A stretch of DNA of 64,000 nt from Vicinamibacteria bacterium. Its GTDB lineage: Bacteria > Acidobacteriota > Vicinamibacteria > Marinacidobacterales > Marinacidobacteraceae. Positions 37,359 through 46,621 of the stretch are shown here, one piece after another (position 1 is the first letter of the stretch; every line of letters begins with the position of its first letter). A program made the position numbers and the translations under genes. Location: the NCBI GenBank assembly GCA_963668695.2, contig CAXXLQ010000004.1, positions 1,472,001-1,536,000 of the forward strand, read 5' to 3'. The notes beneath the pieces are model-generated. The model worked only from the letters and a program-made list of their open reading frames with translations. It ran no database searches and had not been told where the DNA came from.

Positions 37359-38515
37359 CTTCCTTCACGCTGATCAGCGCGGCGCTTCGGCGGAAGAAGA
37401 CCAGGACCTTCCTGACCTTCTCATCGGTGGTCTTCGCGTTCCTGATCTTTGGCGTTTTGTCCATGCTGCAGGCGGCCTTTTCGATGGGGGCCGATATCGC
37501 CAACGAGGACCGGCTGGTGGTGCGTCACCGGGTTTCGCTCTTCCAGCTTCTCCCGCAGTCCTATGAAGCCGACATGGAGGAGGTCCCCGGCGTCATCGAC
37601 GCCATGCACATGACCTGGTTCGGCGGCGTGTACCAGGATCAGCACAACTTCTTCATGCAGTCTCCGGTGGAACCCGCGGAATACCTCGACATGTATCCGG
37701 AGGTCTCGGTCCCGGAGGAGGCGAAGCTTCGCTGGATCGAAACCCGGAACGGCGCCATCGCCGGCCGCGCGCTCGTGGAGCGCTTCGGCTGGGAGGTCGG
37801 CGACCGGATCCCGCTTCAGCCCACCATCTGGCAGCAGCAGGGGAGGGGCGATGAGGCCTGGGAGTTCGAGCTGGTCGGCGTCTACGAGAGCGACGTCGAT
37901 GGCTTCGACGAGACCCAGTTCCTCTTCCGCTACGACTTCTTCGACGAGGCCCGTTCCTTCGGTCGGGGGCAGGTAGGGTGGTTCGCGGTGCGGATCGCAG
38001 ATCCGGATCGCGCCGCGGAGGTTGCCGCCGCGATCGACGATGCGTTCCGGAATTCCGCCGCCGAGACCAAGAGCGAGTCCGAGGGCGCGTTCGCGGCCGG
38101 GTTCGCGAACCAGGTCGGCAACCTGGGGCTGATCGTGACCTCGATCCTCGGTGCCGTCTTCTTCACCATCCTGCTGGTCGCCGGCAACACCATGGCGCAG
38201 TCGGTGCGCGAGCGGATCGGCGAGATCGGGCTGCTGAAGGCGCTCGGCTTCACGGCCACCCGGGTGCAGCGTCTCGTTCTCATGGAGTCGGTGACGCTGG
38301 TGACCACCGCGGGATTTTTGGGAATGGTCCTCGCGGTCGGGCTCGAGAAAGTTCTCCGGTCGGCGCTTTCGGCGTATTTCCCGGGCCTCTTCCTGCGGCC
38401 CGCGGATCTGTTGTTGGGGCTCGGTCTCGCGGTCGTGACCGGCCTCATCGTCGGGATCTTTCCGGCGCGGCGGGCGATGCGGCTGGAGACGGCGTTCGCG
38501 CTGCGCCGCCTGTAA
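37355..38515 (+). CDS. ABC transporter permease (MacB/FtsX family)
   Basis: R-x-KTRTFLT, periplasmic domain, NTMAQSVRERIGEIGLLKALGF. Confidence 0.93.
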   Translation: MTSFTLISAALRRKKTRTFLTFSSVVFAFLIFGVLSMLQAAFSMGADIANEDRLVVRHRVSLFQLLPQSYEADMEEVPGVIDAMHMTWFGGVYQDQHNFFMQSPVEPAEYLDMYPEVSVPEEAKLRWIETRNGAIAGRALVERFGWEVGDRIPLQPTIWQQQGRGDEAWEFELVGVYESDVDGFDETQFLFRYDFFDEARSFGRGQVGWFAVRIADPDRAAEVAAAIDDAFRNSAAETKSESEGAFAAGFANQVGNLGLIVTSILGAVFFTILLVAGNTMAQSVRERIGEIGLLKALGFTATRVQRLVLMESVTLVTTAGFLGMVLAVGLEKVLRSALSAYFPGLFLRPADLLLGLGLAVVTGLIVGIFPARRAMRLETAFALRRL

Positions 38516-38527
38516 GGGGTACGGAAA

Positions 38528-39724
38528 ATGGGCGTCCTTTCTCTCCTGCGGCAGTGCCAGGCGATCACCCGTTACAACCTCGAAACCATCTGGGAGCGCC
38601 GCGCGGTTTCGGTGGTCGCGATCTTCGGAATCGCCGGGGTTGTCGGGGTCCTCGTCGCCGTGCTCTCGATGGCCGCCGGATTCCGTGCGGTGGTGACCGG
38701 ACAGGCCCGGGACGATGTGGCGGTGGTGCTCCGGAGCGGTTCCATCGGTGAATCGGCGAGCATCCTGAACCATCAGGACATCCAGGTTCTCTGGGAGGCT
38801 CCGGGGGTGGCGAGGGGCCCGGACGGTCCGCTGGTTTCGCCGGAACTCTTCGTCATCATCGACCGCAAGAAGATAGGGGTGGGAACCGACGCGAACGTCC
38901 CGCTCCGGGGCGTGGAAGCCGCGGCCTTCGTGTTGCGCGACCAGATCGAAATCGTGGAGGGGCGGAACTTCGAGCCGGGCCGGAACGAGGTCATCGTCGG
39001 CGACGGCGCCGCGGGCGCCTTCGAGGGTCTGCTCGTCGGCGACCGGATTGATGTGGGGCGGGCCTCCTGGGAGGTGGTTGGTCGGTTCACTGCGGGAGGC
39101 GGCGTCGCCGAATCGGAGATCTGGACGGACACCCGCGTGCTCCAGCAGATGTACCGGCGCGGCAACTCCTGGAACGTGGCCCTCGTGCGTCTCACCGACG
39201 CCGACGCTTTCGAGGGGTTCGAGCAGGCGCTGACCGACGATCCGCGCGTGAGCCTCGGCGCCCAGCGGCAGACCACCTACATGGCCGCGCAATCCAGGCC
39301 GATCGAGGCCTTCATCTCGGTAGTCGGTTGGATCATCGTCGCCATGATGTCGGCGGGCGCGGTCTTCGCCGCGCTGAACACCATGTACGCGGCGGTGTCG
39401 TCGCGGTCCCGAGAGATTGCGACCCTACGCGCCCTCGGGTTCTCCCGGCTGCCGATCGTGATCTCGGTGATGATCGAGTCGCTCGTCTTCGGGCTGATCG
39501 GCGCGGCGGCAGGCGGCGCGGCGTCCTGGTTCCTGTTCGACGGGTTCCGGGCGGCGACGATCAACTGGGCCTCGTTCAGCCAGGTGGCCTTCGCCTTCGC
39601 GGTGACACCGGAGCTCCTCGTTCAGGGGATCGTTCTTGCCCTCGTCATCAGCGCCATCGGCGGTTTCCTGCCCGCGGTGGGCGCCGCCCGCCGCAGCGTG
39701 ATCGGGGCCCTGCGGGAACAGTAA
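38528..39724 (+). CDS. ABC transporter permease (MacB/FtsX family)
   Basis: LNTMYAAVSSRSREIATLRALGF, GGFLPA. Confidence 0.93.
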   Translation: MGVLSLLRQCQAITRYNLETIWERRAVSVVAIFGIAGVVGVLVAVLSMAAGFRAVVTGQARDDVAVVLRSGSIGESASILNHQDIQVLWEAPGVARGPDGPLVSPELFVIIDRKKIGVGTDANVPLRGVEAAAFVLRDQIEIVEGRNFEPGRNEVIVGDGAAGAFEGLLVGDRIDVGRASWEVVGRFTAGGGVAESEIWTDTRVLQQMYRRGNSWNVALVRLTDADAFEGFEQALTDDPRVSLGAQRQTTYMAAQSRPIEAFISVVGWIIVAMMSAGAVFAALNTMYAAVSSRSREIATLRALGFSRLPIVISVMIESLVFGLIGAAAGGAASWFLFDGFRAATINWASFSQVAFAFAVTPELLVQGIVLALVISAIGGFLPAVGAARRSVIGALREQ

Positions 39725-39775
39725 GGCCCGCCACCCGGCCGGGGCCGCCCCCGATCGGCGTGGGTGGCTCAGTTA

Positions 39776-40227
39776 ACAGCCGGTGGTGAAACCCACGTGA
39801 GCGCCGAGACCGGCCAGTTCTCCCGGTGGGGGCGAGGCGCCCGGCTGACAAGGCGCGTGAGGGAGGAGCCCCCACCGGGAGAACTGGCCCGGGTGTATTT
39901 CGACCGAAACGCAACGATGAGCGGCGCGAAGCGACGCGGGTAACAGCCTGTGGTGGGACCCGGGTGAGCGCCGAGGCCGGCCAGTTCTCCCGGTGGGGGC
40001 GAGGCGCCCGGCTGACAAGGCGCGTGAGAGAGGAGCCCCCACCGGGAGAACTGGCCCGGGTGTATTTCGACCGAAACGCAACGATGAGCGGCGCGAAGCG
40101 ACGCGGTTCAGCCGGGATGGATCGCCGGCCGAACGCCGCGCGGGTTCCATTGCAGGCTGTTTGGCCGGGATGGTTCGCCGCTCGAGCCCCGGGAGAACTG
40201 GGCCGCGTGACTTTGTCTACCGGCTGT
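39776..40227. mobile_element. MITE locus 5: complete MITE (39943-40160) nested inside another copy; reverse orientation
   Basis: Outer ACAGCCGGTGGTG / CTTTGTCTACCGGCTGT; inner ACAGCCTGTGG / TGCAGGCTGT; five 18-nt-type inserts. Confidence 0.85.
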
Positions 40228-42358
40228 TGAGCCCGCGCCGCCGGAGCAGCGGCTCCACGTCCGCGTCCCGCCCGCGGAACGTGCGGAAGAGATCCATCGC
40301 CTCGACGCTGCCACCCTTCGAGAGCAGCGTTTGCCGGAAGTGGTCGCCGTTTTCGCGCTTCAGGCCGTCGTTCTCCTTGAACCATTCGACTGAATCGGCG
40401 TCCAGGACCTCGCTCCAGATGTACGAGTAGTAACCGGCTGAATAGCCGCTGCTCCAGATGTGCGAGAAATAGGTGCTCCGGTAGCGGGGCGGCACCGGAG
40501 CAAAGGCGACCCCCGCCGCTTCCAGCGCGGACTCTTCGAACGCGAGGACGCCGTCGGCTTCCGGAACGTCGGAAGCGTCGAGTTGATGCCAGGCCAGATC
40601 CAGCAGCGTGGCCGCCAGGTATTCGGTGGTGGCGAAACCCTGGTTGAAAGTGCGCGCCGACAGCACCCGGTCGAGGAGGTCCGCCGGAATCGGCTCCCCG
40701 GTTTCGTAGTGGACCGCGTAGTTCCGGAGCACCTCCGGCCAGGTGGCCCACATCTCGTTCACCTGCGAGGGGTATTCGACGAAATCCCGCGGCACCGAGG
40801 TTCCCGCGAAGTAGGGGTAGCGGACGCTCGAAAACAGGCCGTGGAGCGCGTGTCCGAACTCGTGGAACATCGTGATGACTTCGTCGAAGGTCAGCAGCGT
40901 CGCTTCCCCCTCGGGAGGTTTCGGGATGTTCAGATGGTTCGCGACGACCGGTTTCGTTCCCAGGAGGTTTGACTGGGAGACGTAGGCGTTCATCCAGGCG
41001 CCGCCCCGCTTCGACGGCCGGGCGTAGAAGTCGCCGATGAAGAGTCCGAGCGGGGAGCCGTCCTCCTCGAAGACCTCCCAGATGCGCACATCCGGGTGAT
41101 AGACCGGCAGTTCGGGCCGTTCTTCGAAGCGGAGGCCGAAGAGCTGGTTTGCGGCGTGGAAGACGCCGTTTACCAGGACGCCGTTCATCTCGAAGTAGGG
41201 CTTGAGTTGCGAGGCGTCAAATGAGAACCGTTGGGCTCGGAGCTTTTCGGAGTAGTACGACCAGTCCCAGGCGGCGATCTCGATATCGGCGCCCTCGGAT
41301 CGGGCGAGCGCCGCCAGGTCGTCGGCTTCCCGGCGCGCGTTGGCCACTGCCGCCGGGGCAAGCCCCGCGAGGCGCCCGTTCACGGCCTCGATGGTCTGCG
41401 CCGTCTGCTCCTCAAGGACATAGGCGGCGTGGTGCGGGTATCCGAGCAGCCCGGCGCGCTCGGCGCGGAGCGCCGCGATCTTCACGATCACCTCGCGGTT
41501 GTCGTGTTCCCCCCCGCGACTGCCCCGCGTGAGCGAGGTATTCGCGATCTGCTCCCGCAGTGCGCGATCTTCGAGCGATGAGAGGGCCGGCTGGCCGCTG
41601 GTGTTCAGGAGGGCGATCACGTACTTGCCATCGAGGTCGCGCGCCTTCGCCGCCTCGGCCGCGGCGGCGATTTCCCCTTCGGAAAGTCCGGCGAGTTCCT
41701 CGGCGGTATCCACCACCACTGCCGAGGCGTTCACCTCGTTCAGGGTGTTGTCGCTGAAGGCGGCCGAAAGGGAAGCGACTTCGGCGTTGATCTCCCGCAT
41801 GCGCTCCTTCTCGGGTTCCGAGAGCTGGGCGCCGGCGCGGGTGAAGTCGCGCCGGTACTGCTCCACCAGCCGCACTTCCTCGGGCGAGAGTCCGGCGGCC
41901 TCGCGCCCCTCGAAAAGCGCCTCCACCCGGGCGAAGAGGTCGGCGTTCAGCAGGATCTGGTCCGAGTGGGCCGCCAGCTTGGGCGCCATCTCGGCGCGGA
42001 TGGCATTGATCTCGTCGTTCGTATCGGCGGACGACAAGCTGAAGAAGACCCGCGCCACCTGGTCGAGCAGACGCCCCGACCGCTCCATGGCGACGAGGGT
42101 GTTCTCGAGGGTGGCCGGCTCCGAGGACGACGCGATCGCCTCCACCTCCTCGATCTGCTCGGCCATCCCGCGCTCGAACGCTCCCCGGTAGTGACCGTCC
42201 TCGATGAGGTCGAAGGCGGGCAGCCCGTAAGGGAGGCTGCTCTCGGCAAAGAAGGGGTTGTCGTCCATCTCTGGCTCAGGCGTCCCGCCGCAGCCGGCGG
42301 CGAGGATCAGCGTCAGGACCGGGGCCGCCGCGGCGGCCGGGAGGTGGCGGCTGTACAT
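40217..42358 (-). CDS. dcp: M3 family peptidyl-dipeptidase Dcp, lipoprotein
   Basis: LILAAGC lipobox, KRGGAWM, FHEFGHALH, RDFVEYPSQ, GYSAGYYSYIW; AGGAG RBS. Confidence 0.93.
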   Translation of the reverse strand: MYSRHLPAAAAAPVLTLILAAGCGGTPEPEMDDNPFFAESSLPYGLPAFDLIEDGHYRGAFERGMAEQIEEVEAIASSSEPATLENTLVAMERSGRLLDQVARVFFSLSSADTNDEINAIRAEMAPKLAAHSDQILLNADLFARVEALFEGREAAGLSPEEVRLVEQYRRDFTRAGAQLSEPEKERMREINAEVASLSAAFSDNTLNEVNASAVVVDTAEELAGLSEGEIAAAAEAAKARDLDGKYVIALLNTSGQPALSSLEDRALREQIANTSLTRGSRGGEHDNREVIVKIAALRAERAGLLGYPHHAAYVLEEQTAQTIEAVNGRLAGLAPAAVANARREADDLAALARSEGADIEIAAWDWSYYSEKLRAQRFSFDASQLKPYFEMNGVLVNGVFHAANQLFGLRFEERPELPVYHPDVRIWEVFEEDGSPLGLFIGDFYARPSKRGGAWMNAYVSQSNLLGTKPVVANHLNIPKPPEGEATLLTFDEVITMFHEFGHALHGLFSSVRYPYFAGTSVPRDFVEYPSQVNEMWATWPEVLRNYAVHYETGEPIPADLLDRVLSARTFNQGFATTEYLAATLLDLAWHQLDASDVPEADGVLAFEESALEAAGVAFAPVPPRYRSTYFSHIWSSGYSAGYYSYIWSEVLDADSVEWFKENDGLKRENGDHFRQTLLSKGGSVEAMDLFRTFRGRDADVEPLLRRRGLNSR

Positions 42359-42436
42359 ATCTGTTGCTCCTGTTTCTGGGTGGGGTCTGCCCGACGATGT
42401 CCGCAGGGCGCCGATCGTGCGCTGCGGGAGGGTCCG

Positions 42437-42508
42437 TCATGAAGCGCTCCACCGGCGCAGCAGGGGAACCCCGCAGCCGGCGAACTCCCGGACGTTGACG
42501 ATGATCAC
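42437..42508 (-). pseudogene. Remnant of FitB/VapC PIN toxin (large internal deletion)
   Basis: GTGA-coupled start MIIV joined directly to the typical FitB C-terminus NVREFAGCGVPLL..W. Confidence 0.7.
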
Positions 42509-42767
42509 GGGGAGAAGTTCTCGGAGCTGAAATCCGGCGGTTCCCGCATCGGCTCGCGCGGCGGCAGCTGAGTTCCACACCGCCAATGGGCTCGACGAGC
42601 CTTCGGATTGCGTCGTACAGGTTTTCTCGCGGGCCGGGATCAGCGTCCACAACGGTTGTCAGGATGGTGCGCGCTTCCGCTTCCATGGACCTCCCGTTCT
42701 CGGCCGCACGGATGCGAAGACGCTTCTTCGTGGTTTCGTCGAGGTTGCGGATCGAAAGATTGGCCGT
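42505..42767 (-). pseudogene. FitA/StbC-like ribbon-helix-helix antitoxin, inactivated
   Basis: GGAGG RBS followed by ACG in the start position; ANLSIRNLDETTKKRLRIRAAENGRSMEAEARTIL; frameshift after GGVEL, with LPPREPMREPPDF continuing in another frame. Confidence 0.8.
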
Positions 42768-42867
42768 AACCGGGACCTCCCCGAGGACCGGGATTCTACG
42801 TTTGGCCCATACCCGCATGGTTCCGGCCGGTTCCGTATCGTGCCCCACGGACGTCCGGGGGCGGGGT

Positions 42868-43680
42868 TCAGTAGCCGGGGTTTTCCACATCGACTTCGAC
42901 GATGCGGTTGCGCCTGGGGTTGTGGCGCTCGTTGCGGTAACCACGAGGGTTGGCGACGAACCAGACATCCGCCCCGGATGTCCGGTCCCGGAAGAACGCC
43001 GGGTGGTGAGTGTGCCCGAAGCACCAGACCCGCATCTTGGCGAGGAGCCCGCGCCCGGCGTTTCTCACTTCCTCGAACAGCCCGTTGTAGTACGAGCCGT
43101 TCGACGCCGGCTCATAGCCATCCCGGAGACCGCCGGAATGGGGAACCGAGTGCGTCACGACGACGACATGCTCGACGGCTGGATCGTCGCGAGCGCATTC
43201 GAGCTGGCGGAACAGGGTGCGCCTCGATTCTTCCCACCGTTCCAGCGCCTGCTGCGGGTCGCCCCCCGGGAAGACGAGCCGCGCGTCATTGGAGCGCGAG
43301 CTCCACCACTCCGATTGCGCCCGAAACGAACCGGAAGACGGCTCCCGGAATTGGTACCAGCCGTTTGCGCCGGCGAAAGCCGTGTTGCCGAGACAAAACG
43401 GCCCTTTCCGGTCGAGATAGTGGATATTCGCGGAGAACGCTTCCTGGAGCCGATCCCGCGTCCGGTCGATTTCGCCTCCTGACGAATAGAACTCGTGGTT
43501 CCCGTCCACGAACACGACTTGCCCGTACTCCCGCGCCAGCGCGGTCACCGCCGCCGCCGTCACCTCCACCCCGTTGCCCACATCGCCGGCGATCACCAGC
43601 GTCTCTGAATCACCGGTGCGGAGAGGCCGGCCGCGCCAGCCGGTGTCCTCATGGACATCCGAAACCAGATCGAACCGCAA
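42868..43680 (-). CDS. Calcineurin-like metallophosphoesterase
   Basis: SDVH, AGD, GNHEFY, VTH, GHTH, NPRGY. Confidence 0.92.
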   Translation of the reverse strand: MRFDLVSDVHEDTGWRGRPLRTGDSETLVIAGDVGNGVEVTAAAVTALAREYGQVVFVDGNHEFYSSGGEIDRTRDRLQEAFSANIHYLDRKGPFCLGNTAFAGANGWYQFREPSSGSFRAQSEWWSSRSNDARLVFPGGDPQQALERWEESRRTLFRQLECARDDPAVEHVVVVTHSVPHSGGLRDGYEPASNGSYYNGLFEEVRNAGRGLLAKMRVWCFGHTHHPAFFRDRTSGADVWFVANPRGYRNERHNPRRNRIVEVDVENPGY

Positions 43681-43693
43681 TCGGTTTCTCCTA

Positions 43694-43964
43694 GCCGCCG
43701 GTGGTGAAACTCACGTGAGCGCCGAGACCGGTGAGGCCCAGTTCTCCCGGTGGGGCCAGTCCTCCCGGTGGGGGCCCGGCTGACAAGGCGCGTGAGGGAG
43801 GAGCCCCCACCGGGAGAACTGGCCCGGGTGTATTTCGACCGAAACGCAACGCAGAACGCAGCGAAGCGGAGTGGTTCAGCCGGGGCCCCCACCGGGAGAA
43901 CTGGGGATCGCCGGTCGAGCCCCCACCGGGAGAACTGGGCCGCGTGGGTTTTGCCACCGGCTGC
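43694..43964. mobile_element. MITE locus 6 (backbone + five 18-nt inserts); reverse orientation
   Basis: GCCGCCGGTGGTG ... CCACCGGCTGC flanked by TA on both sides; 271 bp. Confidence 0.85.
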
Positions 43965-43984
43965 TACGCCCCTTGCAGAGCCGA

Positions 43985-46288
43985 CTATCTCCGGTAGGAC
44001 TGAGCGCGACGAACCTCGCGTTCGGCCTCGGCGGTTCGGCCCTGGCGGTTGTAGATGTCCGCCAGCACCAAGTGCCCGAGGGGCGCCATTTCCGGCTCGG
44101 GCTCGAGGGCCAGACCGCGGAGCGCGGTCTCTTCGGCTTCTGGTAGTTCTCCGCGGTCGAGAAGCGCCTTGGCGAGATACAGGTGGCCGACCGCGAACTC
44201 GTCGTTGTGCCCGATGGCGGCCCGGTAGGATGCCTCCATCCGGTCCTGGTCGCCCAGCGCGCCGTAGAGCTTCGCGACGTTGAAGTGGGACCGGAAATCC
44301 TTCGGAGCCATCTCGAGGCGGGTCTCGTAGGCCTTGATCGCGCGGGAACCGTCGCCGCGTTCCTCGAACAGCAGCGCCAGGTTGAACCAGGCGTCCGAGA
44401 GCAGGTCGTCCATCTCGAGCGCGAGGCGGAACTCGGCCTCGGCCTCGTCGAGCCGTCCGAGGCTCAGGAGGCACTCCCCCTTCAGGTTGTGGGCCGGCGC
44501 CCGCTCCTCGCCCGTCGCCTCGAGCCCGGCGAGGACCTCGAGCGCCGCCTCGTACTCCTCGCGGGCGGCGTGGATCTCGGCGAGGTGATAAAAGGCCTGG
44601 TTGTCGTTCGGGTCCAGCTCAAGCAGCCGCCGGTAGCCGGCCGCCGCTTCGTCGAGCCGGTCCGCCAGCCGGTAGGCGTCGGCGAGACCCAGGATCGCGG
44701 ACTTGTATTCGGGGTCAAGGGACAGCGCTTCCCGGTAGGCCACGATGGCCTCGTCCCAGTCTTCCTGCTTCACGAAAAGGTTCCCGAGGATGAAGTGCGC
44801 CTCAAGAATGCCGGAGTCTTCGGCAAGCACCCGCCGCACCTTGGTCATCGCTTCCTCGACCCGCTCCTCGGTGGAGTCGGTACCCGCCGCCTTCAGCAGG
44901 TTGTAGAGAACGATCTTGTCCTTGGGATCGGCGAGCGGTTCGTCTTCGTTCACCCGGACTCGGGAAGACCCTCCCAGATATCCCAGGGCGGCCAGTTGCG
45001 CGCGGGTGTCCTCATCCAGCGTTTCGGGCGCCTGTTCCTCTGCTCCTTCGTTCCCCAGCTCGGCCACCAACTGGTCGAGCCGCGCCTGGAGTTGCCGCGC
45101 CTGGCCGGGCCGGTCCGGGGCGAGGTTGCGTGCTTCGCCCGGATCGTCGAGCACTTCGAAGAGTTCCGGCCGCGGCGCCGAAATGAAATGGAGCAGGCCG
45201 TTCCGGAGCGAGCGGAGCGGGGACCAGCCGTAGTGGTTCCGGGGATAGAGACTTTCCGAATACGCCCAGAGTCCCAGGTCGCTCTCGGATCCGTCCGCCA
45301 GCGGCGCGAGGCTCACGCCCTGCACGGGCTCCGGAACCGGCACTCCCACCAGGCTGAGCACCGTGGGCATGAGATCGATCCCGCGCACCTGGGCCGGGAC
45401 CCGCAGCCCGCGTCCGATCTGCCGGTAGGGCGCCCGCAGCAGAAAAGGCACCTGCATCGAGGCGTCGTAGATGAAGAATCCGTGGGCTCCCTCCCGGTGC
45501 CGGCCGAGACTCTCGCCGTGGTCGCCGATCAGGACGAGGAGGGTGTCGTCGGCGAGCGCGCTTTCGTCCAGCCAGTCGAGGAGCCGGCCGACCAGGGAGT
45601 CGGTGAACAGGACTTCCGCGTCGTAGCTGGCTTCCGAGTAGCCGCTCACCCGGGAGGCCCAGGGTTCCGGCGCCTCGTAGGGCCAGTGCGGGTCGTAGAG
45701 GTGGATCCAGGAGAAAAACCGCTCCTCCTTCACCTCGTCCATCCAGGCGAGCGCTGCGTCCATTACTTCATCTCCCGGACGCTGCACGCTGTCGAGGCTG
45801 ATGCGCTCGAACTCGCGGAAGTTGAAGTCGTCGTAGTAGCGCTCGAATCCCTGGTCGAGCCCCCAGCGCGAGTCCACCACGAAGGCGGCCACGAATCCGC
45901 CGGTGCGGTATCCGGCATCGCGCAGCACTTCGGCGAGCGTCTCCGAGTCTTCTGGAACGTAGTAGCCGCCGTTGTCCCGGACCCCGTGGAACATCGGGTA
46001 GGTCCCGGTGAACATGGAGGTGTGGGAGGGCAGGGTGAGCGGAACCGTGGCGGTGGCCTGCTCGAAGAGCACGCCTTCGGCAGCTACTCGTCCGAAAGCG
46101 GGCGTTTCGATGCGGTTACTGCCGTACTGGCTGAGGTGCCGCGCCGACAGGGTGTCGAGCGTGACCACCACCACGTTCAGCGGGCGGACGGGGTCCGTCC
46201 CGCCCGGAAGTTCCGCGCACCCCGCGCTCAGGAGCGCGGTCAGGCCGATGCCGACCGCGCCGAACCGGACGAGCCGTAGCGGGAACAT
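43985..46288 (-). CDS. Sulfatase-like hydrolase with C-terminal TPR repeats (lipoprotein)
   Basis: LLSAGC lipobox; NVVVVTLDT, TLPSHTSMFTG, HLYDPH, DHGE, LAALGY, then several TPRs. Confidence 0.92.
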   Translation of the reverse strand: MFPLRLVRFGAVGIGLTALLSAGCAELPGGTDPVRPLNVVVVTLDTLSARHLSQYGSNRIETPAFGRVAAEGVLFEQATATVPLTLPSHTSMFTGTYPMFHGVRDNGGYYVPEDSETLAEVLRDAGYRTGGFVAAFVVDSRWGLDQGFERYYDDFNFREFERISLDSVQRPGDEVMDAALAWMDEVKEERFFSWIHLYDPHWPYEAPEPWASRVSGYSEASYDAEVLFTDSLVGRLLDWLDESALADDTLLVLIGDHGESLGRHREGAHGFFIYDASMQVPFLLRAPYRQIGRGLRVPAQVRGIDLMPTVLSLVGVPVPEPVQGVSLAPLADGSESDLGLWAYSESLYPRNHYGWSPLRSLRNGLLHFISAPRPELFEVLDDPGEARNLAPDRPGQARQLQARLDQLVAELGNEGAEEQAPETLDEDTRAQLAALGYLGGSSRVRVNEDEPLADPKDKIVLYNLLKAAGTDSTEERVEEAMTKVRRVLAEDSGILEAHFILGNLFVKQEDWDEAIVAYREALSLDPEYKSAILGLADAYRLADRLDEAAAGYRRLLELDPNDNQAFYHLAEIHAAREEYEAALEVLAGLEATGEERAPAHNLKGECLLSLGRLDEAEAEFRLALEMDDLLSDAWFNLALLFEERGDGSRAIKAYETRLEMAPKDFRSHFNVAKLYGALGDQDRMEASYRAAIGHNDEFAVGHLYLAKALLDRGELPEAEETALRGLALEPEPEMAPLGHLVLADIYNRQGRTAEAEREVRRAQSYRR

Positions 46289-46342
46289 GTCGGCCGGATT
46301 ATCGCCGAGACCCGAACCGGCGTCGGTCCGGTGTCGGTAAGC

Positions 46343-46379
46343 ATGTGGATTGATGCCCACATATCACTGCGGTAATATG
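46343..46379 (+). promoter_or_regulatory. Sigma70-type promoter with overlapping operators; probably leaderless transcript
   Basis: TTGATG (46350)-N17-TAATAT (46373), ATG 6 nt downstream; inverted repeats ATGTGG/CCACAT and CATAT/ATATG. Confidence 0.6.
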
Positions 46380-46384
46380 CCACC

Positions 46385-46621
46385 ATGAAGGCAGTACAGA
46401 TCAATTTCTCCGAGGAGCTGCTGGTACGGCTCGACGCCGACGAGATCGTGCGCCGGCTGGGCCGTTCCGAAGTGGTCCGGCGCATTGCAGAGGCCTATCT
46501 CCACCGCCGGGAAGAGCAGCGGATCGAGGCCGAATACGTGCGGGGCTACGGGCCGGACTTCCCGCCGATCGAAGAGGAATTGAAAGGCTGGACCGAGGCG
46601 GCTGCTCCATGGCCGGAATAG
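46385..46621 (+). CDS. Ribbon-helix-helix (CopG/MazE-like) antitoxin
   Basis: MKAVQINFSEELLVRLD...GRSEVVRR; overlaps a PemK gene. Confidence 0.88.
   Translation: MKAVQINFSEELLVRLDADEIVRRLGRSEVVRRIAEAYLHRREEQRIEAEYVRGYGPDFPPIEEELKGWTEAAAPWPE

Noticed and set aside
44183-46279. 698-aa ORF and similar long antisense ORFs (e.g. 17137-19038, 37421-39292, 48695-50473, 54863-56635)
   Set aside because: Mirror frames of well-supported genes, expected in high-GC DNA; no recognisable motifs.
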